From contig OZ255721.1 in the NCBI GenBank assembly GCA_965277285.1, positions 1 through 64,000 of the forward strand: a stretch of DNA of 64,000 nt, given 5' to 3'. This document shows, piece by piece, positions 52,735 to 62,230 of this stretch. Position 1 is the first letter of the stretch. Each line of letters opens with the position of its first letter. This DNA is from Abditibacteriaceae bacterium (lineage in GTDB: Bacteria; Armatimonadota; Abditibacteriia; Abditibacteriales; Abditibacteriaceae). The notes beneath the pieces are model-generated. The model made no database searches. It saw only the letters and a list, made by a program, of their open reading frames with translations, and was not told the origin of the DNA. A program made the translations under genes and the position numbers.

Positions 52735-53007
52735 TTACTTACCGGCTTGAATCGCCTGCATTACTTGATCGACGCCCGGCAGTTTGCTCTGCAACATGAA
52801 GAACATGAGCAGCGCGTAGATGACCAGCGACTCGATCAGCGCCAAACCGATAATCATCGCGGTCTGAATTGTGCCGCTCGCTTCCGGCTGGCGCGCCATG
52901 CCTTCCAACGCCGCCGCGGTCGCGCGACCCTGACCCAAACCGGCTCCGATAACCGCGATCGGCAAGCCCAGACCGGCTGCCATTGCCAACATACCCCAAT
53001 ACAACAT
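52735..53007 (-). CDS. atpE: ATP synthase c subunit
   Basis: [31 protein letters not shown]. Confidence 0.97.
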   Translation of the reverse strand: MLYWGMLAMAAGLGLPIAVIGAGLGQGRATAAALEGMARQPEASGTIQTAMIIGLALIESLVIYALLMFFMLQSKLPGVDQVMQAIQAGK

Positions 53008-53123
53008 GACCTTGCTCCTTGTTCCGGTTTAACCGGAGAAATAATTTTTGCGCAACCGGAAATTTCGCAGGTTGCGCGCTCTTACGCCGTGTTACGCCAA
53101 TGACGTGTTACGCCAGCGACGTG

Positions 53124-54488
53124 TTACGCCAGCGACGTTTCCGAAGGATGTCCAACGACAACTTCGCGTCCCTCGACTCGCGTATGTTCGGTCGTGCCAT
53201 GAACGTCGTGCGCATCGTGAGCATCATGGTGAGTACTCAAAATAGCGATGTAAATCGCCAGCAGCGTCGAAAACACCAGCGCTTGCAACGCTCCGAAGAA
53301 CGTTCCCAAAAACAACATCGGCAACTGAAACGGAATCGGCAACCAGTGCGGCAAGATGGCAACTGCCAAACCCGTCAACGTCGCAATCACCATTTCTTCG
53401 CCGAAGACGTTGCACAACAATCGCATCGCCAAGCTGAGCGGCTTAATCATCTCGCCGATCATGTGCAACGGAAAGTTGAGCGGCGCCAGCCAGATCGGTT
53501 CGCCGACAAAGTGCATGAACCAGCTTTTAACGCCCGCTTCCCGAATCGCAATGACATGAACGCAGACGAACGCCACCAACGCGAGCGCAATCGGAATGTT
53601 CGGGTTCGATGTCGGCGACAACAAGCCCGGCACCAAGCCGATCCAGTTCATAAATAAAATGGTGAAGAAGAACGAAGCGATCAACGGCGCATACTTCATC
53701 GCTAGAGGGCGCCCCATAATTCCGATCAGATAATCGCGGAAACCTTCGGCTGCCGCTTCGACCAGGTTCGCCAGCGAATGCGGCTTTCCGGTCGGACGAA
53801 TGCGAGCCTTGCGCGCGCCAATTGTGGCCAGTGAACCTAAGCCGATCATCACCAACAAGGCCAGCACCAAGTAATCGTAGCGAATGCTTTTGATGTTCTC
53901 GACGTGATGCTCGCCGTTGTGCTCTTCCATGCGCGGTGCCTCTTCATGCGTGAACATGCGCGCAATCGGGTTAATCCACGTTCCGGCATGCGGATCGAAG
54001 GTGCCCGGCTTGTCGCTGGGATCGCTGCTTTCCGTTGTTCCCGCCGTCGGCGTATGACCCGAAGTCAAACCGCTGCCCGTCGTACCGATTTCAGGACGAA
54101 CCGGCGGCGCGACATCGTTTTGCGTTGTCGCATTGTCGGTTGGCGCGGCGGTCGCAGGGTTGTTCGTCGCGCCAACTGCGCTATTTGATGTCGCGTTTGG
54201 TTGCACGCCGTTCGACGGTACACCGTTCGTTGTCACGCCGTTCGTTTGCGCGCCAGTTGAAGCCGCAACGTCGCCCGGTGTCGAGCCAGCACTTGGCGCT
54301 ACATCGTTCGTCGTCGCACCTGCATTGGGCGAAACGTCGTTTGTCGTGACCGAACTCGTCGTGTCATTGGAAGTCGCAGGTGTCACGTCTTGCGCATGAA
54401 CGGCGCCCGTCAGCAGCAAGCCGAGAAACGCCACTACGAGTACTCGATTTCCGCGTCGCCACATATTATTAAGAAGATTTCTTTTCAT
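53124..54488 (-). CDS. atpB: ATP synthase a subunit with long N-terminal extension
   Basis: NWIGLVPG...PTSN, KPLSLAMRLLCN, LQALVFSTL. About 165 extra N-terminal residues. Confidence 0.93.
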   Translation of the reverse strand: MKRNLLNNMWRRGNRVLVVAFLGLLLTGAVHAQDVTPATSNDTTSSVTTNDVSPNAGATTNDVAPSAGSTPGDVAASTGAQTNGVTTNGVPSNGVQPNATSNSAVGATNNPATAAPTDNATTQNDVAPPVRPEIGTTGSGLTSGHTPTAGTTESSDPSDKPGTFDPHAGTWINPIARMFTHEEAPRMEEHNGEHHVENIKSIRYDYLVLALLVMIGLGSLATIGARKARIRPTGKPHSLANLVEAAAEGFRDYLIGIMGRPLAMKYAPLIASFFFTILFMNWIGLVPGLLSPTSNPNIPIALALVAFVCVHVIAIREAGVKSWFMHFVGEPIWLAPLNFPLHMIGEMIKPLSLAMRLLCNVFGEEMVIATLTGLAVAILPHWLPIPFQLPMLFLGTFFGALQALVFSTLLAIYIAILSTHHDAHDAHDVHGTTEHTRVEGREVVVGHPSETSLA

Positions 54489-55032
54489 TGGAAACATATT
54501 CGTGCAACGGCTTTTGATTGTGCAACATCAAACGACTGATAACTTTCGAGAAAATGACGACCTGCAAAACGGTGAACCCAACTGCAAACGCTGCAGGAAC
54601 CAACACGCCGAATCGTAATCCCCAGTAAATTCCGACCGCGATCAAAACATATTTCGCGGGCAGCAAAAACGCCAAAGGCACGCGCATCAACCAGCCGGTT
54701 TCGGTGCTCGCTTCTTTCGATTTCGCCAATCGCGCCACCAACATCTGCTGCGATTTGAGCAACGCCAAACCGAGCAACGCGCCGCTTGCAAAAGACAAAG
54801 TGAGCGGCAAATTGCGCGAGACAATTCCCAGGCACAGCGTTAAAAAAGTGCCGAACCACAAGGTTGTGCGCGCGGTGCGACCCAAAAAAGCGGCGTCCAA
54901 CGGTGCGACTGTCTTGGACGCCGACGGCGACTTCGTATCCCGCGCGACTGTGCGCTGCGAAGACAACGATGAATTGAACTTCAAACCCTCGGCGAACGAA
55001 GGCTGCGGCGGTGCGGGCAAAGTCTTTTTCAT
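54469..55032 (-). CDS. atpI: ATP synthase protein I-like membrane protein
   Basis: Four TM segments; directly upstream of atpB. Start could be TTG at 55056. Confidence 0.65.
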   Translation of the reverse strand: MKKTLPAPPQPSFAEGLKFNSSLSSQRTVARDTKSPSASKTVAPLDAAFLGRTARTTLWFGTFLTLCLGIVSRNLPLTLSFASGALLGLALLKSQQMLVARLAKSKEASTETGWLMRVPLAFLLPAKYVLIAVGIYWGLRFGVLVPAAFAVGFTVLQVVIFSKVISRLMLHNQKPLHEYVSNEKKSS

Positions 55033-55052
55033 GCGACAAATTTCGTCTTGGC

Positions 55053-55643
55053 TCAACTTTTCTTTTGCGACTCGTCGTTTGCGTTGTCCGGCTTCTCGCC
55101 CAACAAGCGTTGCGTCAAGGTTTGTTCATCTATATTGGCGTCCGCCTGGTCAATCGAGTACTCGATTGGCTTGTGCTGCGCATCGAAACTTGCTGTCGGT
55201 GGCGCCGGAACTTGAAATACACGCGGTCGAACTCGTTCAGTTTGCGCTACGCCTTCCGCTTCATCCCTTGAACCATCGGGCGCAAAGTTTGAGGTCAGAT
55301 TTGTTGCATTCGCCTGACGTTCGCTTTGCACTTCGGCTTTGCGGCGCGCTTCAAAGGTGTTCGCGTCGCGGATCGTCAGCATCATCTGGCGAAAGCCTGC
55401 GACTACTCCAACCAGAAACAAAATCGGTGTCCAATACGCCGTGCCGAAATGTTTATCCAGCCACCAACCGGCACCCGCTCCCGCGATGATGCAACCCACG
55501 AGCGTCAGGCCAATGCTGGACGCTTGCGCGCCACTCACGCCGCCGCCTTTGATGCGCTCCAGGCGCGCCTTGGCCAACTGCGACGCCAAACCTTCAGGCG
55601 CCTCGTCTTTTTGCTGCGGACTTTTTGACAGACCGTTCGCCAT
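55053..55643 (-). CDS. AtpZ/AtpI (ATPase gene 1) family protein
   Basis: GAGAGWWLDKHFGT...LFLVGVVAGF motif; first gene of the atp operon. Confidence 0.8.
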   Translation of the reverse strand: MANGLSKSPQQKDEAPEGLASQLAKARLERIKGGGVSGAQASSIGLTLVGCIIAGAGAGWWLDKHFGTAYWTPILFLVGVVAGFRQMMLTIRDANTFEARRKAEVQSERQANATNLTSNFAPDGSRDEAEGVAQTERVRPRVFQVPAPPTASFDAQHKPIEYSIDQADANIDEQTLTQRLLGEKPDNANDESQKKS

Positions 55644-55845
55644 AGATGCGCCTCGCGGAATCACAGCAATTGTAGCAGGCTTGAACCAAACGGTCAAGAC
55701 AAGTTTGAGCGGTTCGTGAAAAAAATCACAAGATTTAGGAACTGTTTGCTTGATACCGCGCTTTGGCGTTCACAAGGTATCGAGCGTTGGGAAAGTCCGC
55801 TACAATAAAAAGTAGAATCAAGTATCTGGACAGTGTTTCTTTCTT

Positions 55846-56334
55846 ATGAACGCCGCGATTTATCAACATTTTCATGCTTGGAAAGGCATCGCCGATTGCA
55901 TCAATCCGCTGCTTGGCATCTGGCTGCTGGCCGCCGCGTTTTCACTGCGTTCTCCAAATGTCGGTGCAGGAAAGATTGGCGCGGGAAAGGTCATAGAGAG
56001 AAACGAATTTTTGTGGCGCAGCATGGCGGCGATCACGGTTGTTTTTCTGGTCGGTCACCTCAATCGCTGGCTTCATTTGTGGCATGATCACCGAATGTTT
56101 CCCAGTGGTCATATGGGGTTTTCGGTTTGCGCTGCGATTGCGCTCGGCGTGTGGAACCGCAAGACTTTGGCGATCTTGATTCCTCTATTGATGGTGCAGT
56201 CTTGGTTGATGATTGCGCTACGTTTTCACGATTTGCTCGATATTGTGGGCGCTGTGATTCTGGCGAGCATTGTCTCGTGGCTGTTCCTGCGCCCAAAAGC
56301 CGAAAACTTGGCTGCTTCGTCAGCAAGGCTTTGA
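55846..56334 (+). CDS. PAP2-family membrane phosphatase-like protein
   Basis: FPSGH and RFHDLLDIVG motifs; several TM segments. Confidence 0.75.
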   Translation: MNAAIYQHFHAWKGIADCINPLLGIWLLAAAFSLRSPNVGAGKIGAGKVIERNEFLWRSMAAITVVFLVGHLNRWLHLWHDHRMFPSGHMGFSVCAAIALGVWNRKTLAILIPLLMVQSWLMIALRFHDLLDIVGAVILASIVSWLFLRPKAENLAASSARL

Positions 56335-56509
56335 CAGCAAAGATTTCGGTTGATGTTACGCCATTTAACCTCTAGTTCTCTTATCGAGTACTCAATAAGG
56401 ATCAGGGCTGCATTGTGCACTACAGCTATGCACTACAGCTATGCACAATGCAGCCCTGATCCTTATCACATTTATGAGTGGCTCCTTCTTGCTTTAATTG
56501 CCGCTGCCT

Positions 56510-59500
56510 TTAATTGCCGCTGCCTGTATCGAGACCGACAACGGAGCCGGTATTGGTCGGCGCATCGAAGAACGTGCTGATGTCGCCGTCGAAGGCTTTG
56601 TCGAAGGTGCTGCCAAAGTTACCGTAAGAACCAGGCGTTCCAAAAGGCGTGCCGGTCAGTTGCGTGTTACCGTTGTAGAACATCAGTTCCGCAATCACGG
56701 TGTTGGTGCCATTAGGTGACAAGTAGCGCAAGTAGCGGTAGTTGGTCGTGCCGAGCGAGATTTGGCTCCATGCGTTATTTGCTGGCTGCATTGCGATGGT
56801 CGCCAAATCACTCCAAGCTTGTTGGTCGTTGCTGCCTTGAAACTTGCCGCCTGTCATGGTGCCCGCCGCATCGGCGCGAGGGTAAAAATACGCTTGCAAG
56901 TTGGTGCCCGAGGACGTTGGTCCTGGAGTCGGCGTCGGCGTTGGTGTTAGCGTCGGCGTTGGTGTCGGCGTTGGTGTCGGTATTGGCAGTGTTACGGGTG
57001 CGCCGTTTCCTGTATCCAAACCGACGACAGAGCCGGTGTTAGTCGGTGCGTCAAAGAACGTGCTGATGTCGCCGTCGAAGGCTTTGTCGAAGGTGTCGCC
57101 AAAGTTGCCGTAAGAACCAGGTGTCCCAAAAGGCGTTCCAGTCAGCTTGGTCGTTCCGTTATCGAACTCGAGTTCTGCAACAACAGTGTTGGTGCCATTA
57201 GGTGACAAGTAGCGCAAGTAGCGATACATTGTGGAGCCAAGGCGGATGGTCGAGTACTGGTTGTTAGCAGGTTGTGTGGTGATGGTGGCCAGCGTCGTGT
57301 AGTTGGTACCATCGTTGCTGCCCTGGAACTTGCCGCCTGTCATAGTGCCCGCGGCATCAGCGCGAGGGTAGAAATACGCTTGTAAGTTAGTGCCCGAGGG
57401 CGTTGTTCCTGGTGTTGGCGTCGGTGTTGACGTTGGCGTTGGTGGAACTACAGGTGTTGGCGTTGGCGGTGCTATAGGTGCGCCGTTTCCTGTATCGAGA
57501 CCGACGACGGAGCCGGTATTGGTCGGCGCGTCGAAGAACGTGCTGATATCGCCGTCGAACGCTTTGGTCCACGTATTACCGGAATTGGCCCACGAACCCA
57601 GAGTGCCAAATCCTTGACCCGTCAGTTGCGTGTTACCGTTGTAAAACTTCAATTCCGCGAGGACAGTGTTGGTGCCACTGGGCGACAAGTAGCGCAAGAA
57701 ACGGTAGTTGGTCGTGCCGAGCGAGATCTGGCTCCATGCGTTGTTCGCTGGCTGCGTTGCGATGGTCGCCAAATTTGTCCATGCTTGTTGGTCGTTGCTG
57801 CCTTGAAACTTGCCACCTGTCATGGTGCCTGCGGCATCGGGGCGAGGATAAAAATACGCTTGTAAACTGGTGCCTGAGGGCGCTGTGCCTGGCGTTGTCG
57901 CCGGAGTCTGCGTTGGCATTGGTGTCAGTGTTGGTGTCGGCGTCGCGGCGGGCGCACCACTCAAATCGATACCGACAAAAGAACCGGTATTGGTCGGCGC
58001 GTCGAAGAACGTGTTGGTGTCGCCGTCAAAGGCTTTGCTGAAGGTGTCGCCGAAGTTGCCGTAAGAGCCAGGCGTCCCGAACGGCGTTCCAGTCAGCTTG
58101 GTCGTTCCGTTATCGAACTCCAATTCTGAGATCACGCTGTTGGTACCGGACGGCGAAACATAGCGCAGGAAGCGAAAGATGTCCGTGCCGAGCGCCATTT
58201 GCGACCATGTGTTGGCTGGCGGCGTATTTGAAATGGTGCCCAGATCGATCCACCACTTGTTGTCGTTGCTGCCCTGAAATCGACCGCCAAGCATGGTTTG
58301 CGGATAATCGGGGCGCGGATAAAACTTCGCCGACAAATTGCCGACGGTCGACGTAGGAGCGACGGTCGTCGGTTGGTTGTACAATTCGATTTCGCGCAGT
58401 GTCGCCTGGTGCGCTCCGCTTTGTCCGCCCGCGCCCGCGACTGTGCCGTCCGCGCCGCCGCCATAAGTGACATCGTTAATCAGCAAGCGAATTTTGCCGG
58501 TTTGGACCGTTGGGAAAACGTGCGAGAAAACGCAGCGGTCAGAATAAAATGAGTCAACCGTCGTGCGCGTAACAGGCGTGACGGCGGAAACGGTATTGGG
58601 TGCTTCCGTAAAATCCCCCAGAGAAACCCAACTGCCGCCGTTGTCGTATTGCAATTGATAATCGAGCAGCGAACCGTCCAACTGCCAGGGCACGCACGCA
58701 TAAATGAGTACTCGATTGACGCTTTGCACCGTGGGCAAGTCCACTTCGACGGAAAGTGGCGAAGCGGAACTGATCGTTGCCTGGTTGCTCGTCCATGGCT
58801 GATCGGTCGATTGCTGTGTCAAGTACCAGTTTTCCAACTTGCCGTTGATGATTTTGCTGATGGAATTGGGAATGCTGGCGTCGTTGGGATTAGTACCTTC
58901 ACCTGACGAGGAAGCGGTTGTGCCCGGCAAAAGCGCCAGGTCGTTGCCCCAGTTCATCGGCACCACGCCCAGCCTTTGGCCTGTCGCGCCTTCGACGTAA
59001 ACCGGAAGTTCGCCGACAGGAACCGTCACGGAATAATTGACAGGTGTCACGACGGTGCTGGTGCCAAAGGGCGACACGATTGTAACTGGCGCTTTGGTAG
59101 AAGTTTGCAGTTGAACGCTGAGGTCAGTTGCGCCCGTGCTCATCAACACCGCGACCTGATTGTTGCTGCCCTGATTGTTGGCGCCGGTGAACAAGTTGCC
59201 CAGCATCAATTTATTGCCGGGGTTGCCGAAGTCGAAGGCCTGAGAAAAGTTCGTGCCGTATAATTCTTCGCTCCACACGCGCATGAGAGATGCTGCGGGA
59301 TTGAGGCTGCCGTCGGCATTTTCGAGCCAGGCCGGAACATCCCAGAAGCCGTGGCTTTTGTCATACCACAAATGATCGTGCTCTTTGGGAATACCGTTCT
59401 GCTCGAACATCATTTTTTCCAGCATCGTCCAGCGGCCTTGATGTCGCGGCGCGTAAACGCCATACATCGCGGCATAAAAACCTTGCTCGGTCTGCCATTT

Positions 59501-60931
59501 GGGGAGGTTTTGCAGATTATAGCTCGTCAGCAACGCGTTCAAGCCACCCAGCGAACGCCGCGCCAGATCCGCATCGCCATTGGTCGCGTTGTAGCCGTGA
59601 AACGAAAAGCCGTCTATGAATGAACCGCCGCCCGCTTGAAAAAAGTCTTCGTTCCACGCCAACGAGGATGGCGTGAGATCGACCACGCCTGGCCCGATGA
59701 CGTTCAACGTGGAATCGACGCTCTTCACGGCCTGATAAAACGGCTGCTCTTCAGTCGTGGCGAAGTCGTGACCACTCATGGCAAAGTTGGGTTCGTTGCG
59801 GCTTTCCCAATACTTTACGTCGTTTTGGAAGTGCGCCACGATTTGTTTTACGCCACTTTCCAAACCTTTGGTGCCGTTGGGAAACGCGATCATCAACGCA
59901 CGATGGCGCGCCGTGTCAAATGGCAGGTACATCTGGCGATCAATGGCGATGTCTTTGTCCAGCAAAGCGATTGTCCCGGCGGGATCGGACGCATCCGCCA
60001 TGTAGCGCTCGGGACCTGCGCCAACGGCATCTGCCATCGGCGAATCGACCGAGCCATCGGAATTGATGAACTGCGAATTATCGTAATAATTCCCGGTCAA
60101 TCCGCCCGGCGTCGTCGCATTGGCTGAAACGTATAAGCTGCTTGACGGCACGACTTGGCGCGATACGTCGCCATAGCTCCAGAAGAGATGCGCGTTCGCG
60201 CCGCCAGCCACATTCGAGTACTCGATCTTGATGTCGTAGCGCGTTCCAGCGTGCAACACGACAGTGCCGCTGCGGTCGCCATAGGGCAAAACGTCATTCC
60301 AACTGTTAATGAGAAGTTGACCGTTAACCCACATGCGCACGCAATGATCGGAGTTGGTCGTTAAGGTGTAGCTGCCCGAAGTCAGTGGCTGAATTTGCCC
60401 CGTCCAGCGCACGCCAAAAAGACTGGTGCCCAAGCCGCTGGCGGGCGTGCTGCCGCTCCAATCGAAGTCGATTTGCGGATCGGTGCGCGTCAGCTTCCAA
60501 ACTTCAAAAGCGGGCGTCGGCAAAGCCGGAAAACGCGCGTCATTGCGAAAAATGCAAAATGTCGTGCCGCCCACGCTGTTGCCCCAGACCGCTTGCGACG
60601 TGGCGCCCTGCAAATACAATTTGTACCAGCCCGGCTGCGACACATTGGGCGCGATAATGTTGCTGTTGACGCTTCCGCTATCGACCAGGTTACCGTAATA
60701 ATCACGCACTGAATAAGACGTTGCGCCTGCGCTCGCCACATAAAATTGAACGGCTTCCCCGGCGCGAAAAACATTGTTGCGATGGGAAGAATCCAAATGC
60801 ACCTGGGTCGAAGGCGTACTGTTCGTCCAATCGGCGCGCGCTTTGTGGCAAACCGATGCCAACGTCGCGGCACACATCGCTGCGCTCACCGCCCAGCGCA
60901 GTAAAGGGCTTGACGCGCGCCGCACCGTCAT
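56510..60931 (-). CDS. Large secreted clan GH-A-like glycoside hydrolase with PA14, discoidin-like and four repeated C-terminal domains
   Basis: Signal ending KARA; PA14 (FGVRWTGQI, YDIKIEY); WESRNEPN / FSFHGY / WQTEQG; four ~125-aa repeats joined by PT linkers. Start uncertain (60931-61084). Confidence 0.82.
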   Translation of the reverse strand: MTVRRASSPLLRWAVSAAMCAATLASVCHKARADWTNSTPSTQVHLDSSHRNNVFRAGEAVQFYVASAGATSYSVRDYYGNLVDSGSVNSNIIAPNVSQPGWYKLYLQGATSQAVWGNSVGGTTFCIFRNDARFPALPTPAFEVWKLTRTDPQIDFDWSGSTPASGLGTSLFGVRWTGQIQPLTSGSYTLTTNSDHCVRMWVNGQLLINSWNDVLPYGDRSGTVVLHAGTRYDIKIEYSNVAGGANAHLFWSYGDVSRQVVPSSSLYVSANATTPGGLTGNYYDNSQFINSDGSVDSPMADAVGAGPERYMADASDPAGTIALLDKDIAIDRQMYLPFDTARHRALMIAFPNGTKGLESGVKQIVAHFQNDVKYWESRNEPNFAMSGHDFATTEEQPFYQAVKSVDSTLNVIGPGVVDLTPSSLAWNEDFFQAGGGSFIDGFSFHGYNATNGDADLARRSLGGLNALLTSYNLQNLPKWQTEQGFYAAMYGVYAPRHQGRWTMLEKMMFEQNGIPKEHDHLWYDKSHGFWDVPAWLENADGSLNPAASLMRVWSEELYGTNFSQAFDFGNPGNKLMLGNLFTGANNQGSNNQVAVLMSTGATDLSVQLQTSTKAPVTIVSPFGTSTVVTPVNYSVTVPVGELPVYVEGATGQRLGVVPMNWGNDLALLPGTTASSSGEGTNPNDASIPNSISKIINGKLENWYLTQQSTDQPWTSNQATISSASPLSVEVDLPTVQSVNRVLIYACVPWQLDGSLLDYQLQYDNGGSWVSLGDFTEAPNTVSAVTPVTRTTVDSFYSDRCVFSHVFPTVQTGKIRLLINDVTYGGGADGTVAGAGGQSGAHQATLREIELYNQPTTVAPTSTVGNLSAKFYPRPDYPQTMLGGRFQGSNDNKWWIDLGTISNTPPANTWSQMALGTDIFRFLRYVSPSGTNSVISELEFDNGTTKLTGTPFGTPGSYGNFGDTFSKAFDGDTNTFFDAPTNTGSFVGIDLSGAPAATPTPTLTPMPTQTPATTPGTAPSGTSLQAYFYPRPDAAGTMTGGKFQGSNDQQAWTNLATIATQPANNAWSQISLGTTNYRFLRYLSPSGTNTVLAELKFYNGNTQLTGQGFGTLGSWANSGNTWTKAFDGDISTFFDAPTNTGSVVGLDTGNGAPIAPPTPTPVVPPTPTSTPTPTPGTTPSGTNLQAYFYPRADAAGTMTGGKFQGSNDGTNYTTLATITTQPANNQYSTIRLGSTMYRYLRYLSPNGTNTVVAELEFDNGTTKLTGTPFGTPGSYGNFGDTFDKAFDGDISTFFDAPTNTGSVVGLDTGNGAPVTLPIPTPTPTPTPTLTPTPTPTPGPTSSGTNLQAYFYPRADAAGTMTGGKFQGSNDQQAWSDLATIAMQPANNAWSQISLGTTNYRYLRYLSPNGTNTVIAELMFYNGNTQLTGTPFGTPGSYGNFGSTFDKAFDGDISTFFDAPTNTGSVVGLDTGSGN

Positions 60932-61529
60932 CGCTGTTCGGGCGCGCGTCTTATCTTCGTTCTTATTATTGTGGTGCGCCGCATCGAGTACTCGATAAGC
61001 GCTTTGTTGCACAGGGCATTGGACAACCGCTTCGTAAGAAACTTCTTTGAAAGGTTGGTCTTCCATCCGTCGTGTATATTCCATCCGTGCCACCCTTTGA
61101 TGTTTGTAAAATAGACAACCGCACATTCGCTGAAGGAACTTGGTCGAAAAGTGCAAACGTGTCAATCGCCGGTTATTGGTGCCACCCTCTGCAGGAGAAA
61201 TCACATGAAGAATACACGAGAAACCGCCTTTTTTGAAATTGTTTTTGATGCGGTCGCGGCATCCAGGCAATGTAGTTGCCATTTATAAAAACAAAGCAAG
61301 AAAAATTGAGTTGCTGGAGCAATTGAGATAAACCAGGAAAGTCGCAACTGAGCGTTTTGTGATGGTTGGAGCCGAGCCTTTTCGCAAGCGACGCGGAACG
61401 TCCAGCAACGGTCAAATTGACGCTATGGCGCTGGAAACCGGCGCTGGAAGATGGCGAAGCGGTCGAAAGTACGCAGTATTTTCGCCTGGATTTCGAAGTG
61501 GAATAGAATTTCCGCAATTCGAGTACTCG

Positions 61530-61553
61530 AATTGTCACAACACCGTGACAATT
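61530..61553. promoter_or_regulatory. 9-6-9 inverted repeat, putative operator in the divergent promoter region
   Basis: aattgtcac-aacacc-gtgacaatt just upstream of TGtTATTAT (extended -10-like, 61565-61573). Confidence 0.5.
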
Positions 61554-61607
61554 TGTCCAAGTCGTGTTATTATGTGGCGCAGCCGCTTACTTTTGTCATT
61601 GACTACG

Positions 61608-62003
61608 ATGCCCCGCCTTTCCACGCGCCGCGATTTACGCCGTCCACAACCGTTCCTGTTGTTGTGGATGCTGCCGTATTTCGTCTTTAGCGTGTGGGCG
61701 TCGCCTTTCCATCTTCATACACCTGATGGCCGCGAAATGTCGATGTCGGCTTTGGCCGAGGTCGTTTCTGGATCCCGTTCTCCGTCGCACACGCAACATA
61801 AGATCGAGAAGACGAGCGACACCAAAGATGCCGGCGACTGCTTCCTTTGCGATTGGAACGCTCACGCTTCGGCGCTTCTGGTCTCTGCGGCCTTTGTTCG
61901 CCCCAGCGTGCGCACGCGACTCGTTTCGCCCGCCGCACCGAAATTCCTCCTTTCCCGCTTCACGCGCAACACGCGCAACCGTGGCCCACCGCGTTCCTCC
62001 TGA
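61608..62003 (+). CDS. DUF2946 (CruR/CutF-like) leader protein
   Basis: Hydrophobic N-terminus, HLH, CFLC (CxxC), C-terminal RGPP; upstream of a TonB-dependent receptor. Confidence 0.75.
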   Translation: MPRLSTRRDLRRPQPFLLLWMLPYFVFSVWASPFHLHTPDGREMSMSALAEVVSGSRSPSHTQHKIEKTSDTKDAGDCFLCDWNAHASALLVSAAFVRPSVRTRLVSPAAPKFLLSRFTRNTRNRGPPRSS

Positions 62004-62230
62004 AACCGTTTTTCCTTCGTTGTCTCTTCCCTTGATGCCCTTTATCATGCGGCGCTTTGTGCGCTGTTGATAAAGGTTGTTGCGCATCTTGGCGCCGTTA
62101 GGCCGACCGCTTTTTGCAAGCGTTCGCGCTGATGGTTTTGGCGCGTCGTCTCGTCTCAAATCGAACTTCAACATCGAACTTCAATTGAGTTTCGAGTACT
62201 CGACGCGTGGTTTTTCAGGAATATTTCCCC

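Noticed and set aside
60932..61282. N-terminal 117 aa of the 1590-aa ORF, or a riboswitch in this leader
   Set aside because: The signal peptide begins near 60931 and the extension looks non-coding; I could not match any riboswitch consensus by eye.
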